A program made the translations under genes and the position numbers. 64,000 bases of DNA from Epiperipatus broadwayi (taxonomy: Eukaryota > Animalia > Onychophora), in assembly GCA_028023455.1 (NCBI GenBank), contig JAQFVV010000003.1, positions 26,846,001 through 26,910,000 of the forward strand. The letters run 5' to 3'. A model generated the notes under the pieces. The model was not told where the DNA came from, did no database searches, and was given only the letters and a program-made list of their open reading frames with translations. Positions 40,427 to 52,761 of the stretch are shown piece after piece (the first letter of the stretch is position 1; the number at the start of each line of letters is the position of its first letter).

Positions 40427-42749
40427 TGTTTATCAGGTCGAAACAAGTCAATATTATAATATATAAAAAAAAGCATGAAAATAACGGAAGAGATTATTTG
40501 AAATATTAAAAAAAAAAAAATTTTATGTTTACCTTTTTCCTATTATTTTTTAATCATTTTATAATTTAATTAAGTTTTCTTTAGTTATAATAATTATTAG
40601 ATTATGCTAATTCATAATATTAATTTTTACAGCTTAGGCTTTTAATTGGCTGCTACAAGTAATTACAAAAATTTAAATTAATTCCTAATTAATTTATTAA
40701 ATAATAAATAGATTCAGTTTAATGATCTAAAAGAGATTTCCTTTTCAATTTCATTAAGAATACAATAACCAGTAAATGAATTATAGTTATAGTTTATTTT
40801 TAATTTTTTGTTTTTCTGTATACATTTTTTTGCCCCATTAAATACATATAAAAAACTGTCTGTTAAAATGTATGTTATCTTTCAAAGGGCAAGCTGTCGT
40901 ATATAAGTAATAAAATGTTCTAACTAAGCTATAATTTGCTACACTCGTAACACAATTTATTCTAGCATCTTAATATTTTGAATTATGACGAACTTTTATA
41001 AAATATTAACGTCATTATAATGCAAATAAACAGAATTATATTTTAGACTACAGAAAGATCAAAATTTATGTTCACAGTTATTATTTAAGGGAAAAAAAAT
41101 CATTATTTCACATCTAAATATTTTATAAATATGAAATTTTAAAGTAATAACATTGTTCTCTCCTTATTGCCATGTATGGGGAAAATTGCAAGACCCAACT
41201 CAATAATTTGCCCCATTACCACCACCAGAAAACATTCCAAAACAACAAAAAAAAAACAATTTTGGGTAAAACTATTTCAAACTGCTATAAATTTTCTCTC
41301 CATATCTATAATATACCTTGCCCCATCTTCGAATAAAATCTGGCATAAGCAGCTTGAAACTTTTGATCAATTAATTTAGATTTTATATATTCTACAATAA
41401 AGCTGAGCTGCTAGCTCAGCTACTGACTGCTGTTTACACAGGGAGTTTGTTCCTGGATGAATTGAGATCTATTCATAAAGTGATTTTTGTTGTATTATAT
41501 ATTAGAAAGTATCATCCTGTTTAATATTGTGGTAGAGGAAGGATACAATAACTGAAGATCTTATATTGATTTTTAAATGATGAAAATAATCTTTTAATAC
41601 AATGCCCTATCACTTTAGCACATAAATTTCATGTGCTCACTGGAAAACCAACCATATGATTATACATACATTTGTAATATAATTGTTCAGAGACCTTATT
41701 AAATTTATATTGTAACAGCCAAAATCTGCAGCCCAATGATCTTAATTCTGTGAATACCTTCCTGCTGCAAACACTTGATTGGGCCCACTCATTTTCTTTT
41801 TTCATCTCTTAGATTATGGAGAAACTCTAATTGAAAAACAAAACAAATAATAGACTTAATTCAAATAAATAAATAAAATTTATATGTAAGTAAAACAATG
41901 GAGCTTTATTAGTGGCTAAACAAATTTATATACAGATTCACATAACATGGATATGTTGGAGTTAATTCCTCATATTTATCAAACCATAGATAAACAATGT
42001 ACTACAGAAGAGTTGAATATAATAGTTCAATGACTTCTTAGTTCATAGTCATTTGTGAACTAAAAGATAGTTGATAGTTTAATTTGGGTTTAAAATCTTT
42101 ATTAATTTATTACTTATGGTAACTGGATTACAAAATAATATACTAATTGATTACAAGTCCACTATGGGGTTATTTCAACTCAAAATTATTTAAAATAAAA
42201 CAAAACAACATTCTTATTAAACAAAATTAGATGTAATTTATAAGTATAATTTAGATGTTATTATTAAATATAATTAACTAACAAATAAAATTTAAAAAAG
42301 ATTAGAACAAAGCTAAACTTAATTTATTCGCAAATATTGCTTAAATATTAATTAATTTTAAAAAATTAAATTTGTTACTTATATTTATTTGATTACAAAG
42401 AAATTTTGCATTGCTTATGTGGCAAAAAATTCTATAATAAAAGTTGTATCATTTTAGCAAACTGTTTCACAACTTACAATCTTTCATGAAAGTGACAGGA
42501 TATTACATGATTCACTGCCATTATTTTCTGTTTTACATTTCAGATATAATTGAGAATCATTAATGACATGATTTTTTTCGTAATTCAACTTATTCAAAAA
42601 AAAGAATTTGCACATGTTTGCTACATTGTGAAGAATAATATAAAACAAACATTGAAGAAATGTTTTATTATTTACAAAGTTAAGAGATAGGCAATTTATT
42701 TCCTTTCATTTATATAAGAAATAGGATAAATATTTACAGAATGTAATAC

Positions 42750-43620
42750 AGAATACATAATTATGAAGCTTGGAAAAAGAGGTTAGATAAAATGGTTAAA
42801 AGCAGCAATACATTTATGGAAATTTAATATGAATAAAAAAATAATTTGGAGTTGTATAAGAATAAAAACTATAAAATGTGAAAGCATGTATGGCAATACT
42901 AAAGAAAGCATATTTTGATGAAAAGGAAAGAGCTTTAGATATCAGAGAAAGTGAGCTTAAATATAATAAGAATTTGGATTGTAGTTTGTGTGGAAATAAT
43001 AGATTATATTTATAATGGCCAGAAAATAATAAAAAAATAGGTAGAATACAAAAAGAAACATATAAATATAATAAATAGATAAAATGTGTAGAGAATGTAT
43101 TATAGATAAATAATTATAAAGGGTAGGAAAGGAGAGTAGAGAAAATGGTTAGAGGAAAAAAATAGAGTTATGGAAAATATATATGAAAAAAAAATATTTT
43201 GGAGTTGTATAAAAATTATATAAAATGTGAATGTGTTATGGCAACACTAAAACAAACTATTTTTTGTGAGAGTGGAAGTTATAAATATTAGGGAAAGAAT
43301 TATAAATTGAGTAAAGATTTGGATTGTAGATGTAGTTTATAGAAGTGGCAGATGGAATATTGAATGTTTATTCATGGAGTATATGAAGTTGGAAGATCAG
43401 GAAAATTATATGGAGAAAGAGAGAAGGTTGACAGGAATGAAAGAGAGAGATTTTATGACTTTTTTATTTAGATCTTCATAACAAAATTGAGCAATATGAA
43501 GCTAAAATAGTGGAATTAATAAAAGAGCTCTCATTAAATTGGGATAGGAGGAAAAAATTAATGAATTTGACTGGATATGTAATTGGATAATAAGGAAGAA
43601 ATATTAAAATTTATTACAGT
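42750..43620 (+). mobile_element. Two decayed tandem copies of a LINE C-terminal segment
   Basis: LELYKN..IKCE..YGNTK..LDC repeated at ~345-360 nt spacing, then NIECLFMEYMKL; resembles the C-terminus of the 53-kb LINE. Confidence 0.55.
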
Positions 43621-44539
43621 ATATATTGGTTTTTTTGGGAAGAAATGTTTGACTTGGTTAACAAAGTTTCTGGATATATAGCCTGGGCATAAAAACTTCT
43701 GTCTTCATTTAAGCCATTTTACATCACATCACTATTCCTGAATTAAGTTCAAATGGCCAGAACTTGTTAATGATCACATTGATATTTTGTGTCTATACTT
43801 ATAAATTGAGAGAGGAAAGTGGTATGTCTTTAACAATAAGACAAACTAATTTTTTAATCTACAAAAAAATCTGAATGATTTACTTGTCAACAATTTGTGG
43901 GATAATATTTAAAATCTTTATATCTTGATTTCCATATGCTGAATTTAATTCTCTACGGTTATCTTTATGTTTTTATTTATTTTCTATCTATTTATAGTTT
44001 CTCCCATTTCTTACATTGTTATATATTACTCATTAAAAACATTTTGTCCATTTTTATTTTTTATAGTATATCAATGTTATTTTCTAGACTTCTTTGTTCA
44101 ATAATATTGTTTTCTAAAAATTATTGTATTACACTGATTATTTATTTTATTCATTAATTTATGTAAGTATTAATTATTTTGCACACTTGGTTTCCTATAA
44201 CATTTCATTTATTCATCATGTTGACTACTAATAGTACAGATGTTCTCCAGTTAATTACTATACTAATTAATTAGATCAATTTATTAGTACACATTCATAG
44301 ATAACAGTTGTGGTCAAATAACTTCAATATTAATAAGATAGTATTTTTTAAGATTAAAAATAAATTAATATATATATAATATTCAAATATAAGTATATTG
44401 TCTATACTAAATTTAATGTAATTATAAGGGACTTGAAATAAGACCTTCAAGTTCTCTACAGCCATGTACTCCATCTTATACACATGACCACATACATGTG
44501 AAAAATATAAATGATCTATATATATTAAATTCTATAATA

Positions 44540-44980
44540 TAGATTTTAATTTATATATATATCATTTCTTCTTGTATTAAAATGAAGATTGCTCAAATCG
44601 GTTTTCTTCATGATGAGCGCATATATATTTAAAGTGGGAATTAAAAGTTATATTTTTTAATTTGTTTTAATATTCACTCACCAACTGTTTTCTCAATAAT
44701 ATATATGTGTGACCTAGCAATTTCTTTTGCAAGATTTTTATCAAGCAATTTATTATTATTTAAAATGTTTTAAAGCCCTGATCATTTTAGACATTTTAAA
44801 TTTATACATAAAAATTATCATTTTTTATTTATTCACAGGTGTGTGTGTGTGTGTGTGTGTGTGACTAAGCATATATGTGTTGATGGTGGCTATCAACTGC
44901 TAAACAAAGTAATGTTATTTTAGGTGAATAAAAAAAAATTATAATTTATACTTTGATTAAAATGGGTCATAGACATCTAT
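44540..44980 (+). repeat. Internally deleted paralog of the 52290-54460 composite
   Basis: 44540-44652 matches 52290-52363 plus 52762-52830; 44700-44980 matches 54190-54460. Confidence 0.8.
44839..44862. repeat. (GT)12 microsatellite
   Basis: Perfect GT run; the paralog near 54337 has only GTGTGCG. Confidence 0.95.
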
Positions 44981-45539
44981 AGGCACAAATCCCCTCACTA
45001 AAGAATTTTTTTTTTTTTAATTAAACATTTGCCAAACCTAACATGTGGGTACCTATAGTAAGTGAATTCTACATGCTCTATCATTAACATTGTTTTTTTT
45101 GCTGATGGTTGTATTATCAGCACCTGCAATTCCACAATAAGGAATGTATTGTTGCACTTGCTAATGAAGGCTCTATGTAGGTTTTAAATTTAACCATCAA
45201 ATATTAAGTAGTGTTTGGCTTCTATCACATTTTGAGGTCCTTATCTGGCTCCTCAAATTGAACTATATGCATGCAATTCTTTGTGATACTGGCCAAAACT
45301 ATGCAAAATGTATATTTTAGTGACATCAACTATATTAAAATGAGCTATTCATGATAAAGAAAATCTTTATACTGATCACTAATAATAATATTGAAATGAA
45401 TCAATGAACATAAATCAATTCCACAACTGAACTAGACACATACATGACAGATAAAGTATAATATGCCATACTGAAACATCTAACATCAAAATAATACAAA
45501 CAATTGTCAATCAAAATATAATTCCTTGAGGTATGTTGT

Positions 45540-45717
45540 AACTATATCATGAGCTAAGTTGTACATGATATGGTTGCTAACCAGAGACCCAGTTTGGATA
45601 GCCTTAAGGAATACAGATAATCTCTACACAACTATACCATGAGCTAAGTTGTACATGATATGGTTGCTAACCAGAGCCAGTTTGGATAGCCTTAAGGAAT
45701 ACAGATAATCTCTACAC
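45540..45717. repeat. 90-bp tandem duplication (2 copies)
   Basis: AACTATA...CTCTACACA at 45540 and 45630; one substitution and a 2-bp indel. Confidence 0.95.
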
Positions 45718-48157
45718 ATTTTTTTATAAGTCAAAACTTGTCAATACTAATTATTTTACCCGGATTTTTCTCTACCAGCTACTTTATGGTGATCCCAGGA
45801 TATCCTTCCACTAGTGCTCCATTACTAACTCATATTTGGAGCACAACCCCACATTTATAAATCATCTGCCCTCCCTCCCCAAGAAAAGGCTCAATTGTAT
45901 GACTGCTAATTTGCAGTACAAAATATGGGACCTTCCATATTATATCCCTATGTGTCAAATGTCCATTTACTATGAGAGATTAATATAGCCTTAATATTAT
46001 TGATAAAAGCTATTCAATCATCAAAAGAACCTATTTGTGGGTCAACAAGTTTTAAAATATCAGTTGAATAAGTTTCATATAAATATACTTGGACCATGAT
46101 TGATTTCATCAACAAAGAGAATCTGTCCTTTACAAACATCTAAATGTAAGTTTACCTACGGTAAAACAGATTTTTTGTCTTTTCATTAGATACCTTTGAG
46201 ATAGTGCTTTATGATCATGACACATGCAGAAAAAAAATGAAATAAGGCAATTTGGGAGCCACAGTACCTGTTTATTCATTTATTTCATATACATTCTTCC
46301 TTTTGCATTTGAACTTGTAAAATGGTTGCTCAGTTTTCTGACAGCCAATCTTTTCTATGATATACTTCCTATATGTATATACTTTATGAAATTCTAAAGA
46401 CCTTAAATCTTGTTTTATAGCTATAATTATTATTAGCCAACCAGCATAAGCATTGGTTAGTGAATGCTTCTGTATCTAACTTATAGTCATACTTATCACA
46501 ATAAATAATTTCTAAAACAATCTCTGATATTTTGTGTTGAGTAATTTTTATTTTCTATTGCAAATGGATATTTAGGGCAATTAATCTTTTTAGTCTCATG
46601 GGTTGTCTGATGTTTTATGAATCTTTTAAATCAGTTATCCCATATTTATCATTTAAACATTTTGTCTTCTTAACTTTATTAAGTATTTTATTTTGGTAAC
46701 AACTTAAGTCTTCTACAACTTTTATTTCATAGCTATTTTCAAATCATTGTATGCTAACACCTACATCATATAGTTGGATTTTCTTTTTAATAACCATAAT
46801 ATTTTTAGAAATATCATCATGGACTGTTCCTCCATGTTTATATGAAATCATACCCCACTTAGTCTTATGGTTCACTATTGTATCCCTTTTTGCTTTTGTT
46901 AGATTAAAGTATTTATAGAATAACTCTTTGGAGTTATATAATGAGTGTGGAATTTCATCAATATACTCATTCCTTCCTTTACATTTGAGTTAATGCACCT
47001 TTGTTTCAACTTGTTTTTTATATGCATGCATCTTGCGAATTTCCACAAATTCTTAAATCTTATTTAGGCTTACGCTTGTTGCAAACTGATTTGCAAGAGT
47101 AGCAACTAGGATGTGGCCTTGTACTGGACCCATAATCACATTTATTATAGTAATATTTATAGTCCCAGATCAATCATTGATATGTAGCACTAAATAAACC
47201 TTGTCCTGAAGGTTACTTATGTCTTCTATGATTTCTGTCTCATAACTACATTCAAGGCAATGAAGGTTATAATCTATTTTGTATGACACATTTGACTTCT
47301 TAATATCTTTGGTATTTCCATAGACCTTATTTTGAACCATTTTTTTATATCTCAGTCATATCTTGTGCTGTTCAGCTTCATAATTATAACAAGAATGCCT
47401 GAAAGAATTTCTAAGGGAACACTTAGTACGATGCTCAATGAAAGCTTTCTTCTGCTTACTGTTACTTGAGCTATACTTATTTGTGATGGGCATCTTCATT
47501 TTACATTTATGGCAATGGTTATACCAGTGTTTAATGGTCAGTGAGATATTAAAATAGACATGATGTATCTTTTTAGTGTGGGATGTATTTGAAGAATTAT
47601 ATTGTGTATCCTTCGAATTTGCATCATCATACCTATTGTGTTACTGAATGGTTTGGACCTTTTACGAAATTACTACATTCACTACTTAATTCCATTATAA
47701 CTTCCTCAAACTTAACCTGCATCTTAAATTCAAAACTGGATTCAAATTTTTTTAGATTCAAGTCGAATATTTTTTTATTCTTATGCTTAATTCTCTCAAT
47801 TCTTCAAACTCAGCAATATGTTTATCTCCTGACTCCTTAAATTTAATTCCAAGATTGTGTTTAAACTCTTTGACTCATGTGTCAGATGCATTGAACCTTA
47901 TATTAACCTCATCCTTCAAATCTCTGAAGTCTACCTTTTGTTTTTCAAATTTCTTATCAAACTTTTACTTAATATCTGTTTTTGTTCTTCCATTTTCTTA
48001 TCTAGTCCTCCAAACCTCTTACCTAAAACTGTTTTCTGCTCTTCAAATCTATTATCTAGTGCTTTGAATTTTTTATCTAGTATTTTCTGGAACTTGCTTA
48101 GGATCATTATCATGAAATCTCTGAGTTCATAGCTCGAGGCTCTACTTCTTGGTTTTT

Positions 48158-48274
48158 TGTTGTTTTTTTTCCTATGTCATAGCATCTGCCGGGACGCGAA
48201 CCCACACCCGTCTGCAACCAACTACTTGCTTGCATGGCGGCTGCGATACCTCTCGGCTAACAACGCAAGACTAC
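48158..48274 (-). mobile_element. tRNA-like SINE inserted in the gag-like frame
   Basis: A box TAGCCGAGAGG (48249-48259), B box GGTTCGCGTCCC (48191-48202), A-rich tail. Perfect 16-bp direct repeat CTACTTCTTGGTTTTT at 48142-48157 and 48271-48286. Confidence 0.75.
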
Positions 48275-49287
48275 TTCTTGGTTTTTGGCTTTCATAATAA
48301 TAGTTTCTTCAAAAATAATTTTATCTGAGTGAACTTACTGATGGCTACATACAATGTGCAAAACACTAATGTGGATAAATAGTATCCTTAAGACTTATCT
48401 CTACACTTGCTATAATAAAATGCTTATGCAAATAATTAATAGTTTGTTGTTGGCATCTATCTCCAAACAAATTGTATTGCAAATGGCTAACAAAAGAATA
48501 TATTGATTGGAAAGCTTAAAAAAATTTATATTTCACCTATGTTGCTAGCTGTATATTATTAATTTATTTAGTAATGTTTTCTATATGACTGGATAGTGTT
48601 TTACTTATCTCAAGTGATGGTGGTTGTTAATTTATGCCCTGTGGCAGGGTGCCAAACTGTACTGGTATGAAGTGTGGCCATTGGGGTGAGTTATCCATGA
48701 TACAGAGACTCTATCTAAAGTTAATATATTCACTAAAAATAGGATTGACCTAAGCAAAATAAGAGGCTTTATGAATCTTATCCTATTTTCTGCACTCATA
48801 CCAATATATAATTAGAAACAAGTCACTTAATAATGTGTGCTATCTTTAAAATATAAAAGGCAATGAATTTATATATATATAAAGTAACATATTTTAAAGA
48901 TTATTTACAAGAGATTTTCTTGGTAGAATACTTAACTCCAACAATCATATATAACAGTAATATGATTATGATATATTTACAGTTGATAAACTATAAATAT
49001 GTTTATATAAAGAGTATAATAATAGCCAAATAACTTTCTGTTATTATACTAACATTGAGTGTTGGGACTTATGGTGATATGGAACAATAAACATCTATCT
49101 GCAACTAAAAGAAAACATATACGCGAGTTAAACCATTAAGCATCACATGATCACATTTCCTATACTAGCACATTAATTGTTGATAAACAGAGCAAAACTC
49201 TCTATACAGTATTGCCACCTGTGCTAAACAGAGTAATCAATGGATGCCAGAAGGCTTGTGCACAAAATCCCTATCTAATGCCTACTC

Positions 49288-49346
49288 ATCCAATATCCCC
49301 AGACTAGTTTCTGGCTTGTGGCCTTCGTCAGTGAGGAGCTTTGGAT
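49288..49346 (-). ncRNA. Minimal type I hammerhead ribozyme motif (family A)
   Basis: ATCCAA-AGC-TCCTCA-CTGACGA-A-GGC-CACAA-GCC-A-GAAA-CTAG-TC^TGGGGA-TA-TTGGAT; predicted cut between 49302 and 49301. Confidence 0.75.
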
Positions 49347-49743
49347 CTGAGAGCACTGCATCTAGATCTTAGGATCTAATGCAACCCTCTAGCAACCACC
49401 TTTTATCTCTACTTAACTACAAAACTATGAGAATGAAATTGAAAACATAAAAAATATTTTCAATCTAAGCTCAATAGCTTATATAGTCATATGGGTCTGA
49501 ACTCAGTTCAGCACCCATACATTTTGGTGTCTTTGACTCTTTTACAACCATAGCCACCACTATCCTATTAGGCAGGATTGGTGTTAAACCATTAAGCATC
49601 ACATGATCACATTTTCTATACTAGCACATTAATTGTTGATAAACAGAGCAAAACTCTCCATACAGTATTGCCACCTGTGCTAAACAGAGTAATCAATGGA
49701 TGCCAGAAGGCTTGTGCATAAAATCCCTATCTAATGCCTACTC

Positions 49744-49802
49744 ATCCAATATCCCCAGACTAGTTTCTGGCTTGTGGCCTTCGTCAGTGAGGAGCTTTGG
49801 AT
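49744..49802 (-). ncRNA. Minimal type I hammerhead ribozyme motif (family A)
   Basis: Identical motif 456 nt away; predicted cut between 49758 and 49757. Confidence 0.75.
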
Positions 49803-50386
49803 CTGAGAGCACTGCATCTAGATCTTAGGATCTAATGCAACCCTCTAGCAACCACCTTTTATCTCTACTTAACTACAAAACTATGAGAATGAAATTGAAA
49901 ACATAAAAAATATTTTCAATCTAAGCTCAATAGCTTATATAGTCACTGACGAAGGCCACAAGCCAGAAACTAGTCTGGGGATATTGGATGAGTAGGCATT
50001 AGATAGGGATTTTATGCACAAGCCTTCTGGCATCCATTGATTACTCTGTTTAGCACAGGTGGCAATACTGTATGGAGAGTTTTGCTCTGTTTATCAACAA
50101 TTAATGTGCTAGTATAGGAAATGTGATCATGTGATGCTTAATGGTTTAACACCAATCCTGCCTAATAGGATAGTGGTGGCTATGGTTGTAAAAGAGCCAA
50201 AGACACCAAAATGTATGGGTGCTGAACTGAGTTCAGACCCATATGACTATATAAGCTATTGAGCTTAGATTGAAAATATTTTTTATGTTTTTAATTTCAT
50301 TCTCATAGTTTTGTAGTTAAGTAGAGATAAAAGGTGGTTGCTAGAGGGTTGCATTAGATCCTAAGATCTAGATGCAGTGCTCTCAG

Positions 50387-50445
50387 ATCCAAAGCTCCTC
50401 ACTGATGAAGGCCACAAGCCAGAAACTAGTCTGGGGATATTGGAT
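50387..50445 (+). ncRNA. Minimal type I hammerhead ribozyme motif (family A)
   Basis: Same fold, CTGATGA at 50402-50408, GAAA at 50422-50425, GTC ending at 50431. A 5'-truncated copy begins at 49943. Confidence 0.75.
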
Positions 50446-52363
50446 GAGTAGGCATTAGATAGGGATTTTATGCACAAGCCTTCTGGCATCCATTGATTAC
50501 TCTGTTTAGCACAGGTGGCAATATTGTATGGAGAGTTTTGCTCTGTTTATATACGCGAGTGTGTATAATGACACTTTAATAGAATACCATTGAGTGTTTA
50601 TCTTAAATTTACTGAATCTAAGAAAATCTAAATAAGTTATTAATACTTGCATAAGTTGATGACCTTAAAATTTAGAATAATGATGGATATTTTCTCTTAA
50701 TTATATCTGTTTGAATATAACTATTCTTAAAATAAAAGAACTAAAAACATAATTATACTAAACATAAATGATTTTCTAAATATGAGTTGGAAATCCATGT
50801 AATTACTTAATAGGTGATCATTTATTATGTACTCCTACACTGAATCAAGTGTTCTGCATCAATAGGACATGATAATATGAAATATTTTTAGAAGATTCCT
50901 TGTTGCTAAATAGTGTAGATCCTGTTATATGTCTCAAAGAATATGCTTTCATTTCTTACTTGTAATATGCTATTATCTGCTGGGTTGAATGCGATTGAGA
51001 TATAATTTGAGTATATATATATATATACACACACATGATCTTGCTTCTTTTGATTTCTTTTGATCAATATGATGTTTTATTCCTACATCATATAATATTC
51101 CATTGTGCTAAAGTAATACCCATAAATTGAGGAGCAGTAATTTAGTATGAAGTGATCTGGAATGATTTATCGATGTTTGTGTATTCGAATGCAGACATTC
51201 AGAATACCATCAAATAAATCAATGAATGAAATTTAGATAAGGACTGGATAATGATGAATTATTATTAATAGCGAAAGCTCGTGATGCACTCCAACACAGT
51301 ATATATATTTCACTTATGATTCAATTCCCATGGTGCACGTAATAACTTACTACTTTCTGGACAGTTTCCTTTTGCCCCAATTTCCAAAACACTTTGGCTC
51401 GACTCCTCAAACTAAGGGAGTTATTTGACTTCATTCAGCTATTGCTCATAATCATGCAGGCTCCAAACGAGCACTATCCCATCCTTAAACTTTTTTCAAC
51501 CACTATTCATTAAAATCTTCCACTAACAGTTTACTTAGTAATTCCACTGGAATGAGATAGGCACTTTGCTGCACACACTATTTATTTACGCAGTTTGTCC
51601 TCCAGCAATTCCAGATACATGCTTGATTGTTATCAGTCCTGTTTTCCTCTGGTGTTTTTAATAAGTCAGTTCCCCTTCTAATGTATCAAAGGAATATTTG
51701 TAATTAGCAAATATTTCTTGGCATTTACCAAATACAATTTTCTTATAACATGTTATGTATTGTTAAATCCCATGCAAAATTATTAATTAAACTTTTTTAC
51801 TTTCTATCTGATTTAATTATACTATGTTCGCTTTTCTTAAATTACTTTACCCAAATAAATGTTCATTAATTTTATTCTTATCAGTTAATGATCTAAAAAA
51901 TTTATACTCCTTAATATATTTTTCTTACTTTTTCTAGAATACCAAAAGATATATAATTTATAATTATTAAATTGCAATGTACATATTTTTACAAACACCA
52001 CACAATATTATAACAATGTTGGATAAAATTAAAGTCGGCTTTTCTCTATGAATAATTCCATAATAATACATATATATTAGCGCAGGTGTCAAACTTTCTT
52101 AATAATGTTTGAAATCAACATTTGACTTAAAGTGTTTGCTTATATTTACTGGAAATCAAATATATTTTCTGCTAATATTATGATGAATAAACGAATGTTT
52201 GTTTAGAACACAGGTTTTAAATAATCATTTGTTGTATGGAGATTTGACAATGGAGTTTATCTTAAGTTTCCTTGAAATAATTTCATCGCATAGAATTTAA
52301 TATATATATATTGTTTCTTTCTGCAATAAAGTAAAAGTTATTAAAGTCTGTTTTCTTCTAAGA

Positions 52364-52761
52364 CAGGGGCCCCCAACCCTATGCCCACGGGCACCATGGC
52401 GCCCACGGACCATTTTACGTGTGCCCGCCGCTATCCGAACACTATAAAAAATTATTTATCTGATACAAATAAATTTAATTTTTAAAACTTCTTATAAATT
52501 ATTGTATTATATTGTAATCAAATTGTAGGGCATACTATACTTTTACAGCGTAAAAATATAAACATTAATTATATGTTAAAATTTTATTTTTGAAATAAAT
52601 ATTTTTTTGTACATTATGTGTACTATTAACAATATCCAACTATAAATTTACATTGAAAAAATAAATGGTGTCCCCCACCTGGTTGAAAAACTAAATGGTG
52701 CCTGCCACCTGGCTGGTATTATAGAATGTGCTCTTAAGTGCAAAAAGGTTGGGGACCCCTG
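52364..52761. mobile_element. hAT (Charlie-like) MITE, 398 bp
   Basis: TIRs CAGGGGCCCCCAACC / GGTTGGGGACCCCTG (14/15); 8-bp TSD TTCTAAGA / TTCTAGGA (7/8); GC-rich subterminal repeats. Confidence 0.92.

Larger units (their letters stand above)
45090..48330 (-). mobile_element. Decayed Ty3/Gypsy LTR retrotransposon internal region
   Basis: Motifs in Gypsy order on the minus strand: coiled-coil gag-like ORF (47931-48113 and onward), IDLG (~47164-47175, weak), HDHKALS RNase H-like (46199-46219), GYPGIT (45789-45806), YNIPQGII (45517-45540), R*GPQNVIE GPY/F-like (45220-45246). No LTR pair identified. Confidence 0.55.
49129..50550. mobile_element. Family A: young 456-nt hammerhead tandem repeat inserted as an inverted pair (non-autonomous PLE/retrozyme-like)
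   Basis: Left arm 49129-49945 (~1.8 units; TGGATGCC at 49241 and 49697), right arm 49943-50550 inverted (~1.3 units). Perfect 12-bp direct repeat ATATACGCGAGT at 49117-49128 and 50549-50560. No ORF in the track. Confidence 0.92.

Noticed and set aside
40416-40449. Hammerhead-like TTGAAGACC...GGTCGAAACAAGTC
   Set aside because: Core C3 is T, stem I does not pair, no repeat context; it overlaps a candidate exon on the other strand.
41401-41421. 9-bp hairpin AGCTGAGCT-GCT-AGCTCAGCT
   Set aside because: Isolated short palindrome with no supporting context.
48158-48274. Functional tRNA gene, or the 3' end of the Gypsy 5' LTR
   Set aside because: I could not fold a cloverleaf, and box spacing differs between copies. 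A 16-bp TSD, an A-rich tail, a restorable gag frame and no PBS favour a SINE.
49129-50550. CRISPR array or simple satellite
   Set aside because: No repeat-spacer pattern; units are 456 nt, present in both orientations and bounded by a TSD.
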